Shown here piece by piece: positions 23,323-33,523 of a DNA stretch of 33,523 nt. Position 1 is the stretch's first letter. Every line of letters starts with the position of its first letter. Source of the stretch: a virus (Duplodnaviria; Caudoviricetes); IMG/VR virus record IMGVR_UViG_3300032330_000127, positions 1 through 33,523 of that record. One strand, given 5' to 3'. The notes under the pieces are model-generated. The model saw only the letters and a list, made by a program, of their open reading frames with translations, ran no database searches and was not told the origin of the DNA. Position numbers and translations under genes: made by a program.

Positions 23323-25304
23323 TGTCTCGATTAGTTTCTTTCCAAACCAACTTCAGTAGCGGTGAATTAGATCCGCTGTTGAGGGCTAGGGTTGACTTAG
23401 AACAATACAAAAATGGTGCTGAGACACTGACTAACGTAGTTGTGCAGCCACAAGGTGGTGTGCGTAGGCGTGGTGGTTTAAAGCATTTGTACGAGTTGCC
23501 AAGCGCTGCAGCGCCAGCCAGTGGCACTCGCTCTGTACCGTTTGAGTTCTCAGTAGATGACAGCTATATGCTGATCTTCACTAACCAGAGAATGTATATC
23601 TTTAAGGACAAAGTACAGATCACCAACATCAATGGCACTGGTAACCCATACCTGGCAGTAACTGCGGTGACCAGTTCCATCTTGTCTACCATGTGCTGGA
23701 CGCAATCGGCAGACACATTGATCATTGCTCACAAAGATATCCAGCCAATCAAGATTGTGCGTGGTGCTACTGATGCCACATGGACAGTGAGCAATATTAG
23801 CTTTATCAGTATCCCAAAGTATGCATTCACCATTGCACTGTCTAACCCAGCAGGCACATTGACGCCAAGCGCTAAGTCTGGTGAGGTGACGCTGACTGCT
23901 AGTTCTGCAGTGTTTAGCTCTGGATCTGTCGGACAGTACATCAATGCTCAACCTCAAGGCAGGGCAAGGATCGTGGCTTATACAAGCACTACCGTGGTAA
24001 GCGCTGTGACCGAGATACCGTTCTTTGATACCACTGCAATTGCTAATGGATCGTGGGAACTGGAGTCTGGCTATGAGGATGTGTGGTCAAGCACTAAAGG
24101 CTGGCCAAGGAGCTGCACATTCCATGAGGGGCGTCTGTACTTTGGAGGATCTAAGACTCGGCCAAGCACCATATGGGGCAGCAAGGTGGCGCAGTTCTTT
24201 GACTTTAATCCTGACCAGGCTTATGACGATGATGCGGTGGAGGCCACGCTAGACACCAACAGCTTGAACGTGATCATTGACATTATCAGTGGCCGTGACT
24301 TGCAAGTGTTTACCAGCGGTGGTGAGTTCTATGTCCCGCAGAATGGTCTAGATCCAATCACGCCTACCAACTTCTTTGTTAAGGCCGTCTCTCGCAATGG
24401 TGCTAGAGAAGGCATCAGGGTGCAGATCCTGCAGTCTGGTACGTTGTATGTGCAGCGCCAGGGCAAAGCTCTTAATGAGTTCCAGTTCTCTGACACAACC
24501 CTGTCCTACGTGAGCCAGTCAATCAGCTTGCTATCTAGCCATTTGATCAATGGACCAACTGAGTTGGCGCTGCGTAAGGCCACTAGCACTGAAGAGACAG
24601 ATACGCTGTTCATGCTCAATGGTGATGGCACGATTGCTAACTACAGCATTCTGCGCCAGCAAAACGTGGTGGCTCCAAGCAAGCTCACTACTGATGGCCA
24701 ATTTAAAGATATTGGCGTGGATATCGAGGATATCTACGTGGTGGTCAAGCGCACGTTTAATAGTGTGGACAAATATTTTGTAGAAGTTTTTGATACCACG
24801 GTGTTTACAGATTGTGCGTTTACTGGTGGGGTGGCCACAACGATATCAAGCCTGCCACACATTGGTAAGACTTTGAATGTCAAAGCAGATGGCTCGGTGC
24901 TGTCTGACGAGGTAGTTAGCGGTGGTGGTTCTATCACTATGGATAGAGCGAGTACCAGTAGCTATGAGGTAGGCCTGCCATTTAATGTGAGCATTGTGAC
25001 TTTGCCGATTGAGCCAAGGCTCCAGGTAGGCGCTAGGACTGGCTTTGTCAAGCGCATTGTTGAAGTCAATGCCATCCTGTATCAGACTCAGCACATTGTG
25101 GTTAACAACAACCTAGTGCCAATTCGCACATTGGACACTGCAAGCATCATGGACAATGATGTGCCAGAGTTCACTGGTACTAAATTGATATCAGGTATCA
25201 GTGGCTATGAGCAAGATGCCCAAATAACAATCACTCAGACCTTGCCACTCAAGCTCAATTTGTTGGGCATGGAGTACAAGATTTCAGTCTATGGAGGTAC
25301 ATAA
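23322..25304 (+). CDS. Tail tubular protein B (gp12-like nozzle)
   Basis: QTNF.SGEL.P.L.AR.D, GG..RR.G, GWP...FHEGRLYFGG; 660 aa, beta-rich. Confidence 0.88.
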   Translation: MSRLVSFQTNFSSGELDPLLRARVDLEQYKNGAETLTNVVVQPQGGVRRRGGLKHLYELPSAAAPASGTRSVPFEFSVDDSYMLIFTNQRMYIFKDKVQITNINGTGNPYLAVTAVTSSILSTMCWTQSADTLIIAHKDIQPIKIVRGATDATWTVSNISFISIPKYAFTIALSNPAGTLTPSAKSGEVTLTASSAVFSSGSVGQYINAQPQGRARIVAYTSTTVVSAVTEIPFFDTTAIANGSWELESGYEDVWSSTKGWPRSCTFHEGRLYFGGSKTRPSTIWGSKVAQFFDFNPDQAYDDDAVEATLDTNSLNVIIDIISGRDLQVFTSGGEFYVPQNGLDPITPTNFFVKAVSRNGAREGIRVQILQSGTLYVQRQGKALNEFQFSDTTLSYVSQSISLLSSHLINGPTELALRKATSTEETDTLFMLNGDGTIANYSILRQQNVVAPSKLTTDGQFKDIGVDIEDIYVVVKRTFNSVDKYFVEVFDTTVFTDCAFTGGVATTISSLPHIGKTLNVKADGSVLSDEVVSGGGSITMDRASTSSYEVGLPFNVSIVTLPIEPRLQVGARTGFVKRIVEVNAILYQTQHIVVNNNLVPIRTLDTASIMDNDVPEFTGTKLISGISGYEQDAQITITQTLPLKLNLLGMEYKISVYGGT

Positions 25305-25861
25305 TGGGTTGGGAAACTTTAGCTGTTGCTGTTGCTGATGCGGGGGTAATGGAAGCTGCAACAATTCCTTTTGTAGCAGAGACTGTAGCAGCCCCATCAT
25401 TATTTTCTGCAGCCAATTTGTCCATGGCCAGTAGCGCATTCAGTGCCATATCCAGTGTTTCGCAAGGCTATGCACAGGCCGATTACTATCGCCTGCAAGG
25501 CTCTCAGGCAGAGCTACAAGGCCGTCAAAACGCATTGAACTATAACCGCCAGGCATACCAGCTTTTAGAGCGCCAGCAACGTCTGGCAGGCACTGTAAGG
25601 GCAAGGGCTGTAGCAGGCGGTGTAGACCCATTGTCTGGCTCACCCATGACCGTGGAGCAGGCTAATGCTTACCGTGCTGGCAACGAGATCCAGATCTTGA
25701 ATGAGAATGCACAGCTGGCGCTTTCTGGTGGCCTGGCTATATCTCAGTCATTCAATGCTGCAGCAAGTTCTGCAGAAGAGTATGGCTTGATGTCTGGTAT
25801 TGCCAAAGGGGCGATGGGTGTTGCTACTTATCAGACAACAAAATTACCACGTAGGGCATAA
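25304..25861 (+). CDS. Internal virion protein (gp14-like)
   Basis: Ala/Gln-rich, A...A.GVD..SGSP motif; follows the nozzle gene. Confidence 0.75.
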   Translation: MGWETLAVAVADAGVMEAATIPFVAETVAAPSLFSAANLSMASSAFSAISSVSQGYAQADYYRLQGSQAELQGRQNALNYNRQAYQLLERQQRLAGTVRARAVAGGVDPLSGSPMTVEQANAYRAGNEIQILNENAQLALSGGLAISQSFNAAASSAEEYGLMSGIAKGAMGVATYQTTKLPRRA

Positions 25862-25864
25862 GAC

Positions 25865-27532
25865 ATGGCAACGCTACCTACCTATGAATACGCTGGCGCT
25901 CAATACGCCAACTTACCAAGTGTAAGCACTGCACCACAGCAAGTGGCAGCGCAGGGCATGGGTATGCTCGGCCAGCAGTTGGATCGCATGACAGCGTATT
26001 TCCAAAACCAGGCAATGACAGACGCACAGCAGGCTGGCTTAAAGTACGCCATTGATTTCCCACCTACTAAAGATCAATTAGAAATTGCTAAAAAAACAGG
26101 GCAAGCGCCAGTAATTGAAGGTAGTGGACGAGTATTCCAAGAGTCTTATAACAAAGCCTCTGCCCATATTTTGGGTACAAATATTCTTGGTGAGTTTCAA
26201 AATCGTCAAGCTGAAAGATTAATGAGAATTGAGTCTGGTGAGCCAGTTGATCCAATTGCGCTTAAAGAAGATTTAAGAGCTGACATTGACGGCAATGTAT
26301 CGTTATTGACAAAATACAATCCAGAGGTATCCATCCAGGTCAGAGCGCAGATGACAACCCTTGGCCATGCTGTATACAAGCAGGCGCTGATGTTCGATGA
26401 GAAGGCTAGACAGGCTAGTTACCAGGTAGACCAAGAGGTGGGTTTGAGCAAGATCAAGCCAGTGCTTGAGAATGTCATTAACTCATACGCCAAGATCAAT
26501 TTACCAGCTGGTGAACTAGAGCAAGTGCTAGACAATGTACTTAGCCCTTATACCAACTCCACATCTATTCGCTTGGCTGGTAGCAACAAGTATGCGCTTG
26601 AGGCTTATAAGATCAAAGAGAATGCCAAGATAAGTGCAATAAGTGCAAAGCTGACTGACAGAGACTTTGCTCCTACAGCTGGTGCAGCGTTCAAGAAAAT
26701 CTTGGCTGGCGATGCTGGTGAGTTAACTGAGATGTACCAAGGCATGAGTACAGACAGCAAGGATCTGTTGCGTGAGCGCATCATCAAGTCTTTCTCGGAT
26801 CAAGAACAGACCAGAAAGATTGACGAGGCTGTAATTAAAGATGCTAACAAGATTAAGGGCAATGCTTTAACACTAGAGTTCTTGACTGCTGGTGGAGCTA
26901 GAAAGCGCCAGATTGTCACTGAACTAGTAGGCCTTGGTGAGATGACATTGCAGTCTGCTGAAGACTTGCTAAAGCCAAAAGATCCTAATCCAAACCCAGT
27001 ATTGGCTGGCTCACTGTATGACCAGATCAAGCGTGGCTCGATCAATAACTTCCAGCAATTAGTACCTTTTGCAAATCAGTTAAGCAGATCTGAATTTACG
27101 ACTTTGAGTCACGCTGTAGTGGATGACCAAGGCCGTAAGGCACATGAGCGCATTGACCGTGAAGTTGGAATTGTGAGCGCCTATGTGGATCCTGGCAAAG
27201 TCAAAGCTCAAGCAAAGATTGATATCAGCAAGTTCTATGTGGAAGAGCTTGGTAAGAAGATAAAGAATGACCAAGGCGTGGAAGTGTTCCAGAGTCCAGA
27301 GCAGGCCGTTGAAAGTGCTATCAAGCGCTACAGTAGTGATGCCATTGTTAACAAGAAAATAAAAGCTAGAGAGCAATCAGAAAAGCAGATCAATGACGTC
27401 ATGGATAAGAAGAATATTCCAATGCCAAACTTGCCAATAGATCAAATAGATTTTGACAAGGTTAAGGGTTTGAGCAGGGGCGAGATTGATTTGCTCAAGA
27501 AGGCTCAAAAACAATATACAGGCAACATATGA
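25865..27532 (+). CDS. Internal virion/ejection protein (gp15-like position)
   Basis: 555-aa helical protein starting MATLPTYE; called by synteny. Confidence 0.7.
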   Translation: MATLPTYEYAGAQYANLPSVSTAPQQVAAQGMGMLGQQLDRMTAYFQNQAMTDAQQAGLKYAIDFPPTKDQLEIAKKTGQAPVIEGSGRVFQESYNKASAHILGTNILGEFQNRQAERLMRIESGEPVDPIALKEDLRADIDGNVSLLTKYNPEVSIQVRAQMTTLGHAVYKQALMFDEKARQASYQVDQEVGLSKIKPVLENVINSYAKINLPAGELEQVLDNVLSPYTNSTSIRLAGSNKYALEAYKIKENAKISAISAKLTDRDFAPTAGAAFKKILAGDAGELTEMYQGMSTDSKDLLRERIIKSFSDQEQTRKIDEAVIKDANKIKGNALTLEFLTAGGARKRQIVTELVGLGEMTLQSAEDLLKPKDPNPNPVLAGSLYDQIKRGSINNFQQLVPFANQLSRSEFTTLSHAVVDDQGRKAHERIDREVGIVSAYVDPGKVKAQAKIDISKFYVEELGKKIKNDQGVEVFQSPEQAVESAIKRYSSDAIVNKKIKAREQSEKQINDVMDKKNIPMPNLPIDQIDFDKVKGLSRGEIDLLKKAQKQYTGNI

Positions 27533-30108
27533 GTATTGAAAGAGAACTCCGAGGTAACTGGGATACTGTTAACTATCCAGAGCCAGAGCCTGTTATTGAA
27601 CAGCAGATGGCGCCTGGCCAGCAGCCTGGTGATGTGCTGGTGGCCGAGGCTGGCTCACGTGGTTTACCACCTAGCGCATACAGTGGCGATACAAGACCAG
27701 CAATGATTACATCTGACACTGGAGGTGGTGCTGCTATTGGGTTTAGACAACCAATGCCAAAGCGTCCAACTGGTGGTGATCTTGAAGTGCCAATGAATCC
27801 ATTTGCAAGAGTTGTATCTAAAGGTGCAAATTGGTTTGGTGATTTGGTAGATAAGGGTGCTAGTCTGTATGACACCATGCAGTTGATTATCCCTGGTGGA
27901 TTCGATCCAAATGCAAAGATGAATTTGCCAACTGACTTTAGCCCAAGGCCTAGTCAGATTGATCCAGCTACTGGTCAAATGATGCCAGCAACCATGGGCT
28001 TTAATCCAAAAGAAGTTACGGTTGGTGAAATATTAAAAGCTATACCAGTATCAGAAGTAATTGGTGTGCGTGGATTAGGTAGATTGGCAGAATCTTTGGG
28101 TACTGGTAACTTGCCATCATTTGGTGACTTATTGGATTCTGCTGGGTTGTGGCCAGTAGGTAGTGGAACTGCTGGAGTATTAAAAGCAACAGTTGGAACA
28201 GCTAAGAATATTGCTAAAGAATTAGCACCAGTAGCTGGAGAGATGGCCATTAAGAGTATGGAAAAACTTGGCACACCAGTGCAAATGGGCATTACTCCAA
28301 CAGTAGCTAAGTTTCCAAAAGTAGAAGGTGGAATTAAATTCCCAGAAGAAGAGTCAAGCAATCTGTTGCGTTTGAAATTAAAACGTGAGCAAGAAACTTT
28401 ACAAGGCAAAGCAATGCCTGGTATGCCAAAGAATGAGCGTGAAGTAATACCAGCTCCAGAAGGTAGTGGCTTACCTGATTTTGTTGTTGGAAAAATTACT
28501 CCAGATGATTGGATTAAAAGAACTGAACAAGTACTTACACCTCAAGAAATCAAACAATATTCAAAGTGGTATGACGAGGTTCGTGGTACTTTCCTAAAGT
28601 ACACAGATAATGATGAAGCTAAAACAGATAAGTACATGAGAGCTTGGTTAGTTGCTAATCAAAATATTGGTGTAGATGGCGCATTTAATAATGTCTTGTT
28701 ACAAGCTGAACAATTTGCACGTAATGTTCCAAAGGGTGAGATGAGGGCTGGTGGTTTACCAATGGCCACACAAGCTGCTAGAAATACTTTATTAGACCAA
28801 CCAATTACCGAGGGTGTTGGCTTTAAGATTTCTGACTTTGTTGACAGTGCAGAAGGTAAAACCGTAAGATCAATTTATGGTAATGATGTACAAGCTGGAC
28901 AACCATTTGTGGTTGATATCCATACGGCACGTGATACTGGTTTGGTTGACAACATATTGCTAAACCATTTAGAGAAACAAGGATACGCAGTTGATCGAGA
29001 CAAAATCAAAGTTGATCTAGCCACTGGTCCTACAGATACACAATATGAAAATAGAGCAGATTTTGGTAGACAACTTACAGATGAGTTAAACAGCATGAAT
29101 TGGCAAGGCAGATCTGATTGGCAGCCAAAAGAAGTGCAGGCCGTTGGATGGATGGCCATGACACGTTTGACTGCTGATGCAGCTACTGACACTGTTACAG
29201 CTTTAGAGCGCAATCTAAGACGCATCTCTATGGAGGCTGCACCAGGTGAAGGATCTCCATGGGCTAAGAAGTATGGCAGCGCATTTTCTGCTTTAACACC
29301 AGAGCGCCAAGTACAGTTAACCCAGGTGGTGACTGATCGTGCTATGGAGATGGCCAAGGAAATAGCTGGCATTGATTTGCGTACCATGGTGCATGGCACT
29401 GGTGGCTGGCAAACCTATCAAAACCCAGCAGCTGTTGGCCAAGCATTGGCAACAAGAGAAGGTGGCGAGATTGCAGCCAATGTTTTAGGTTATTTATTAC
29501 AGCAAACAGAAGTATGGGTTAATTCAATAAAAGCCACAACAAAGAATCCTAAAGCATTAGCAGTTGATTTTATTGAATCAGGATCTGACAACCTATCCAC
29601 TAACGATGGATTGCGATCATTCTGGGAAAAAGTAATGGCTGCAGATCCCACTAAGTTATTTGTTGGATATCAACCAATTAGAACTGCAGACGGTGATGTT
29701 GGCATACGAGTATTGATTGATAAAGGCGGTGCTGCACGTATGCAGTCTGTGCAAGATGCATTGTCATCTGGTGGACAAATAGATGCAATGCTGACAAAAT
29801 TAGACTATGATGTTAAAACAAGAGGTTATGAAGCCGATCTTGTAAAAGCACGTAATGATTGGACAGGGAAAGGATCTAAAAATGGGGAAGCATACTTGGG
29901 AAGGTTGGCAGACCTCGGTGTCAAACGCACCGCAGCCGACCTCGATCCTTTACGGAGCGAACTTGAGAAAATCTTTGAGCGAGAACTCTCAGGAACAGGA
30001 GCAGTCACCACAACCCCAGCGCCAGCAACCCCAGCAGTTGCAGCAAAAACAGTTAAACGAAAAGTAACTAAAGGCCAGCCTGGTCAATCAAGCGGGGGTA
30101 CTGAATAA
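27529..30108 (+). CDS. Large ejection-region protein with central HhH-glycosylase-like domain
   Basis: 859 aa; WY...K..DF...VVDIH.AR...Y...W.P.EVQA..W motif series. Confidence 0.65.
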   Translation: MSIERELRGNWDTVNYPEPEPVIEQQMAPGQQPGDVLVAEAGSRGLPPSAYSGDTRPAMITSDTGGGAAIGFRQPMPKRPTGGDLEVPMNPFARVVSKGANWFGDLVDKGASLYDTMQLIIPGGFDPNAKMNLPTDFSPRPSQIDPATGQMMPATMGFNPKEVTVGEILKAIPVSEVIGVRGLGRLAESLGTGNLPSFGDLLDSAGLWPVGSGTAGVLKATVGTAKNIAKELAPVAGEMAIKSMEKLGTPVQMGITPTVAKFPKVEGGIKFPEEESSNLLRLKLKREQETLQGKAMPGMPKNEREVIPAPEGSGLPDFVVGKITPDDWIKRTEQVLTPQEIKQYSKWYDEVRGTFLKYTDNDEAKTDKYMRAWLVANQNIGVDGAFNNVLLQAEQFARNVPKGEMRAGGLPMATQAARNTLLDQPITEGVGFKISDFVDSAEGKTVRSIYGNDVQAGQPFVVDIHTARDTGLVDNILLNHLEKQGYAVDRDKIKVDLATGPTDTQYENRADFGRQLTDELNSMNWQGRSDWQPKEVQAVGWMAMTRLTADAATDTVTALERNLRRISMEAAPGEGSPWAKKYGSAFSALTPERQVQLTQVVTDRAMEMAKEIAGIDLRTMVHGTGGWQTYQNPAAVGQALATREGGEIAANVLGYLLQQTEVWVNSIKATTKNPKALAVDFIESGSDNLSTNDGLRSFWEKVMAADPTKLFVGYQPIRTADGDVGIRVLIDKGGAARMQSVQDALSSGGQIDAMLTKLDYDVKTRGYEADLVKARNDWTGKGSKNGEAYLGRLADLGVKRTAADLDPLRSELEKIFERELSGTGAVTTTPAPATPAVAAKTVKRKVTKGQPGQSSGGTE

Positions 30109-33062
30109 TGTCATTACAACCACTTGACATCAGACTAGACAAACTCATTCAGCAAGAAGCTGATACTGAGTCACGCATTGACTCTGCTAGTCAATTACGA
30201 GTAGACCCTGATATTGATGCTACCGTCCCGCCAATACTGCCTGATGCAATTGATCCAGGTCCTGGTGTACAAGTGGCTGGTCTACTTTCTGTACCTGGTT
30301 CAATTGCAAAAGCGATAAAAAAAGTAGACATACGCAAGCCACCAGTAGCGCCAGTTAGCCCAGAGGCTATAGCTGCAGCAGCTGTAGAAGACACCACAAA
30401 AGCAGCCCTTGCTACAGGCACTACAACGAGCAAGACCGAGGCAAAGATTGCAGCCAAGGTGGAAGTATCCAAGCAGCCTGGTCTGACGCCTGACGCCTTT
30501 GTAAGCCAGCGCAAAGACATCCAAGATCTGAGACAGACCACAGATCCTGCCATGGAAAAGCCACCAGAGCTGGCGTTCAATCTGCCACTGATGGCCACCA
30601 CCGAGGACGTCAAGTCTACGATTGAGACTATCAACCAGGCTGTCGGCATCAAGACCAGAAACATCACATTTGAAGATGTGAAGGCTTTAGCTGAAGGCGC
30701 AGGCATTGGTCCTAAGTTTATAGACGATATCTTCTCTGGCAAGCTAGAGGTTAGCCCACAGAACACGTACAAAGCGCTCAATGCCATGGTAGCCAGCGCT
30801 AAGAATCTAGATGCATTGGCTGCCAAAGTGGCCAATGGCTCGGCTACCCCTACAGAGCTGGCCGAGATGGCTCAGACGGTGCATTTCCATAGCGTACTGC
30901 AGCAAAGCGTTAAGGGCTACCAAACCAATGTGGCGCAGTCTTTGGCTGTAATGCGTATGCCAAGGGATGGCGCTGTAGATATCTCTGCCATTATGGAGAA
31001 CTTTGGCAATGAGACTGATATCGTTAAGTTCGCCCAGGCTTACCTAGATGTCAAGACGCCAGAGGGTAAAGCCAATCTCATTAGAGAAATGGCGCAAGGC
31101 AATCCTTGGGAGAAGATGTTTACGGTTTACGTCAATGGCATCTTGTCTCGCCCAGGTACGCATATCAAGAACGCATTGAGCAACACTGTGTTCTTACCCT
31201 ACCGTATGGCTGAACGTGCTGGTGCTGCGGTGCTGGGTGATCTACGTGCAGGCATTGGCCTGGGTGGCGATACATCCTATGAGCTGATGGAAATACCAAC
31301 CATGCTGGCATCAACCCCTACGGCCATCAGCAATGGCTGGCAGCTGATGTCTCATGCGTTTACTAATGGTGTGCCAAAGGGCTGGACAGATCCAGTGAAG
31401 GTAGCTAGACAGCAATCACGCATGGAGCTGTTCAACTACAAGGCAGATGGCTCACTGCTATCTACTGGACTCAAAGCAATCAACTACATCACTACTCTGC
31501 CAGGCAGAAGTCTGATGTCTGCAGACGAGTTCTTTAAGGGTATCAATTACACCTTTGAGTTGTCTGCTGAGACTGCCAGGCTAGGCATCACTACCTATAA
31601 CGATGCGCTAAAGGGTGGCGCCAGCGTGGCCGATGCCATGAAAGCAAGAGATGCTGCAATAGATAACTTCTTGCTAGATCCACCAGACTATGTGTCTAAT
31701 CTCGCTGAAGTCGGTACGTTTACCCAAAAGCTAGAAGGCATGGCGGGCAAGTTGCAATCTAGCATGACAACTAACACAGCTACTGGGTTTGCATTGCGTA
31801 CCCAGATGCCATTTATTGGTACACCAGTTAACGTGCTAGGTGAGGTGGTATCACGTACACCATTGGCGCCCTTTACAAGCTCTTATTGGGCAGCTATGAA
31901 GGCTGGCGGTAAAGAGGCCGACATGGCCAACGTCAAGCTAGGCCTTGGCTCTGCTGCCATGTATGGCTTTAGCGAGATGGCCACCAACGGTTTGACTACT
32001 GGGTCTGGACCAGGTGACAAGGGTACACGCCAGGCTATGGAGCGCCAAGGGTGGCAGCCGTATAGCTTTGTTTTTGATGTGTCTGGGATTGAAGAAGATG
32101 TGCGGGATATCTTCACACCATTCCCTGGCACACGGTTTGGATCTGGTGAGTATGCAGGCAAGGTCTATGTGTCTTATCAAGGCATGGAGCCAGTAGGCGC
32201 TTTGTTGGCCATGGGTGCAGACTATGTGGACTATGCACGATATGAGCAAGATGACAGTCGCATCAATGCTTACGCTGGTGGCCTAGTCTTTGGCGTTGCC
32301 AACTATATGCTTGAGCATCCATTTCTGACTGGCGTGTCTAATATTGCATCTTTGATGGGTGGCAATGTGCCAAACACCAGAGAGCATTTGGTAAACATCT
32401 TGAATGGCATAGCAAAGATGGGGTCGTATACAGCCATCAAAGCGATAGAGCCTTTGACTGGTGCGGTAACCAGTGCCAAGGAGAAGGTTGATCCATTGCG
32501 TAGGGATTACCAGGCAGATCCAAATCTACCAGCTGGCCTCAAAGGCTTGATGGATGGCGTCAACAAGTGGCGCTCTGAGACACCTGGCCTGTCTGAAGAT
32601 CTGCCACCAATGCTTAACATCTATGGTGAGCCAGTAGAGCATGATTTTACTTGGTCACCTATCCGCATGAGGGAGGGTAAGCAGCGCCCAATTGACCAGG
32701 CTCTGATCCAGCTCAATGCCAACGTCTCAATGCCATCTAGAACGGTTAGTAAGAAGGATGAGGCCACTGGCATATCTACACCTACCAAGCTGACTACAGA
32801 AGAGTTCAACGAGATGTTGCGTATAGCTAACAAGGAGATGGATCTAGAGTCTGAGGTCATGGCTGCAATAGATGTTGTCAAAGAAGACAAGAACCCAGAC
32901 AATCTAATCTTTCACCAGAACGTGGTTAAGAAAGTATTCAGTGATGTCTTTGAAGGGGCTAAGAGAAAGCTCATGGAAGACAGTATTTATTCTGATGCTA
33001 TCAACAAACGCATTGCTGACAAAGCACAACGATTAAAGCAATTTGGACAAGGAGCTAAATAA
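30108..33062 (+). CDS. Large internal virion/ejection protein (gp16-like position)
   Basis: 984 aa; NGILS.P.TH..N, R.L...DEFFK, PF..TP.N, GWQPYS; precedes the tail fibre. Confidence 0.75.
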   Translation: MSLQPLDIRLDKLIQQEADTESRIDSASQLRVDPDIDATVPPILPDAIDPGPGVQVAGLLSVPGSIAKAIKKVDIRKPPVAPVSPEAIAAAAVEDTTKAALATGTTTSKTEAKIAAKVEVSKQPGLTPDAFVSQRKDIQDLRQTTDPAMEKPPELAFNLPLMATTEDVKSTIETINQAVGIKTRNITFEDVKALAEGAGIGPKFIDDIFSGKLEVSPQNTYKALNAMVASAKNLDALAAKVANGSATPTELAEMAQTVHFHSVLQQSVKGYQTNVAQSLAVMRMPRDGAVDISAIMENFGNETDIVKFAQAYLDVKTPEGKANLIREMAQGNPWEKMFTVYVNGILSRPGTHIKNALSNTVFLPYRMAERAGAAVLGDLRAGIGLGGDTSYELMEIPTMLASTPTAISNGWQLMSHAFTNGVPKGWTDPVKVARQQSRMELFNYKADGSLLSTGLKAINYITTLPGRSLMSADEFFKGINYTFELSAETARLGITTYNDALKGGASVADAMKARDAAIDNFLLDPPDYVSNLAEVGTFTQKLEGMAGKLQSSMTTNTATGFALRTQMPFIGTPVNVLGEVVSRTPLAPFTSSYWAAMKAGGKEADMANVKLGLGSAAMYGFSEMATNGLTTGSGPGDKGTRQAMERQGWQPYSFVFDVSGIEEDVRDIFTPFPGTRFGSGEYAGKVYVSYQGMEPVGALLAMGADYVDYARYEQDDSRINAYAGGLVFGVANYMLEHPFLTGVSNIASLMGGNVPNTREHLVNILNGIAKMGSYTAIKAIEPLTGAVTSAKEKVDPLRRDYQADPNLPAGLKGLMDGVNKWRSETPGLSEDLPPMLNIYGEPVEHDFTWSPIRMREGKQRPIDQALIQLNANVSMPSRTVSKKDEATGISTPTKLTTEEFNEMLRIANKEMDLESEVMAAIDVVKEDKNPDNLIFHQNVVKKVFSDVFEGAKRKLMEDSIYSDAINKRIADKAQRLKQFGQGAK

Positions 33063-33523
33063 TGGCATACCCAATATCAGACGTAACCAGAAGGGTTGTC
33101 TACACAGGCAGCGCTGGTGTCGGACCGTACTCATTCACATTTGAAGTACTGGCCAACACTGACATCCAGGTCTACAAGAACACTACCCTGCTGACGCTGA
33201 CTACCAACTACACGGTGACGATCAATGCTAATGGCACTGGCTCGGTTACCTTGGTTGTTGCAGCCACTGGCGCAGACACCATAACCATTGTGGGTGACCG
33301 TGCTATTCAGAGGGCTACAGATTTTGTGACTGGCGGTGACTTATTTGCCAATACTCTTAATGATGAGTTTGACAGCCTGGTCATCTTTGCCCAGCAAGTG
33401 GATGAGAAAGCTGACCGTGGCTTGAAAGCGCCAGTGACAGATCCTACTGACGTCAACATGGTGTTGCCAGTTAAGGCATCACGCAAAGGCAAGGTGCTTG
33501 CGTTTGACTCTACCTCTGGTGAC
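33062..33523 (+). CDS. Tail fibre protein, N-terminal T7-gp17-like adaptor domain (continues across the circular join)
   Basis: GGAG RBS and TAATG coupling; MAYPISDVTRRVVYTG...YSFTF...DI.VY...RATDF..G..L.A..LN.EFD.L. Confidence 0.88.
   Translation, partial: MAYPISDVTRRVVYTGSAGVGPYSFTFEVLANTDIQVYKNTTLLTLTTNYTVTINANGTGSVTLVVAATGADTITIVGDRAIQRATDFVTGGDLFANTLNDEFDSLVIFAQQVDEKADRGLKAPVTDPTDVNMVLPVKASRKGKVLAFDSTSGD
33401..33523 (+). repeat. Terminal direct repeat, copy 2 (assembly circular overlap)
   Basis: Identical to 1-123. Confidence 0.97.

Noticed and set aside
33401-33523. 123-bp terminal repeat as a biological DTR
   Set aside because: It falls mid-gene in the tail fibre and the frame continues across the join, so it is best explained as assembler overlap of a circular contig.
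1-33523. tRNA genes, introns/inteins or stop-codon reassignment
   Set aside because: No tRNA-like cloverleaf seen in the few gaps; core genes have normal lengths and tile the genome under the standard code.

Overview
This window is a complete circularly permuted tailed-phage genome of about 33,400 bp. Bases 1-123 are repeated exactly at 33401-33523, and the tail-fibre gene reads in frame across that join. The virion module is podovirus-type (T7/BPP-1-like gene order): terminase, portal, scaffold, major capsid, tail tubular A/B, four internal or ejection proteins and tail fibres. No RNA or DNA polymerase, helicase, CI-type repressor or tyrosine integrase was recognised. Instead there is a lambda-O-like HTH initiator with an origin inside its gene (DnaA boxes, palindromic iterons, AT-rich tract), a RecT/YqaJ pair, a RuvC-like resolvase, an SSB-like protein, and a short serine recombinase divergent from a ribbon-helix-helix regulator. 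The lysis region is unusually long (GH19 endolysin, nested Rz/Rz1 and five more membrane or lipoprotein genes), which implies a Gram-negative host. The most notable signals are: (1) a capsid control unit made of a terminator, a TTGACA-19 bp-TAGAAT promoter with a dyad in the spacer (MerR-like geometry), and a structured leader with a twice-repeated GACAACC/GGCC internal loop and an RBS hairpin; (2) the intragenic origin; (3) a GIY-YIG/NUMOD3 endonuclease with a reconstructable insertion scar; (4) apparent genome-wide absence of CCGG; (5) an ejection protein with an HhH-glycosylase-like domain. All family calls come from motif recognition by eye; no database searches were run.
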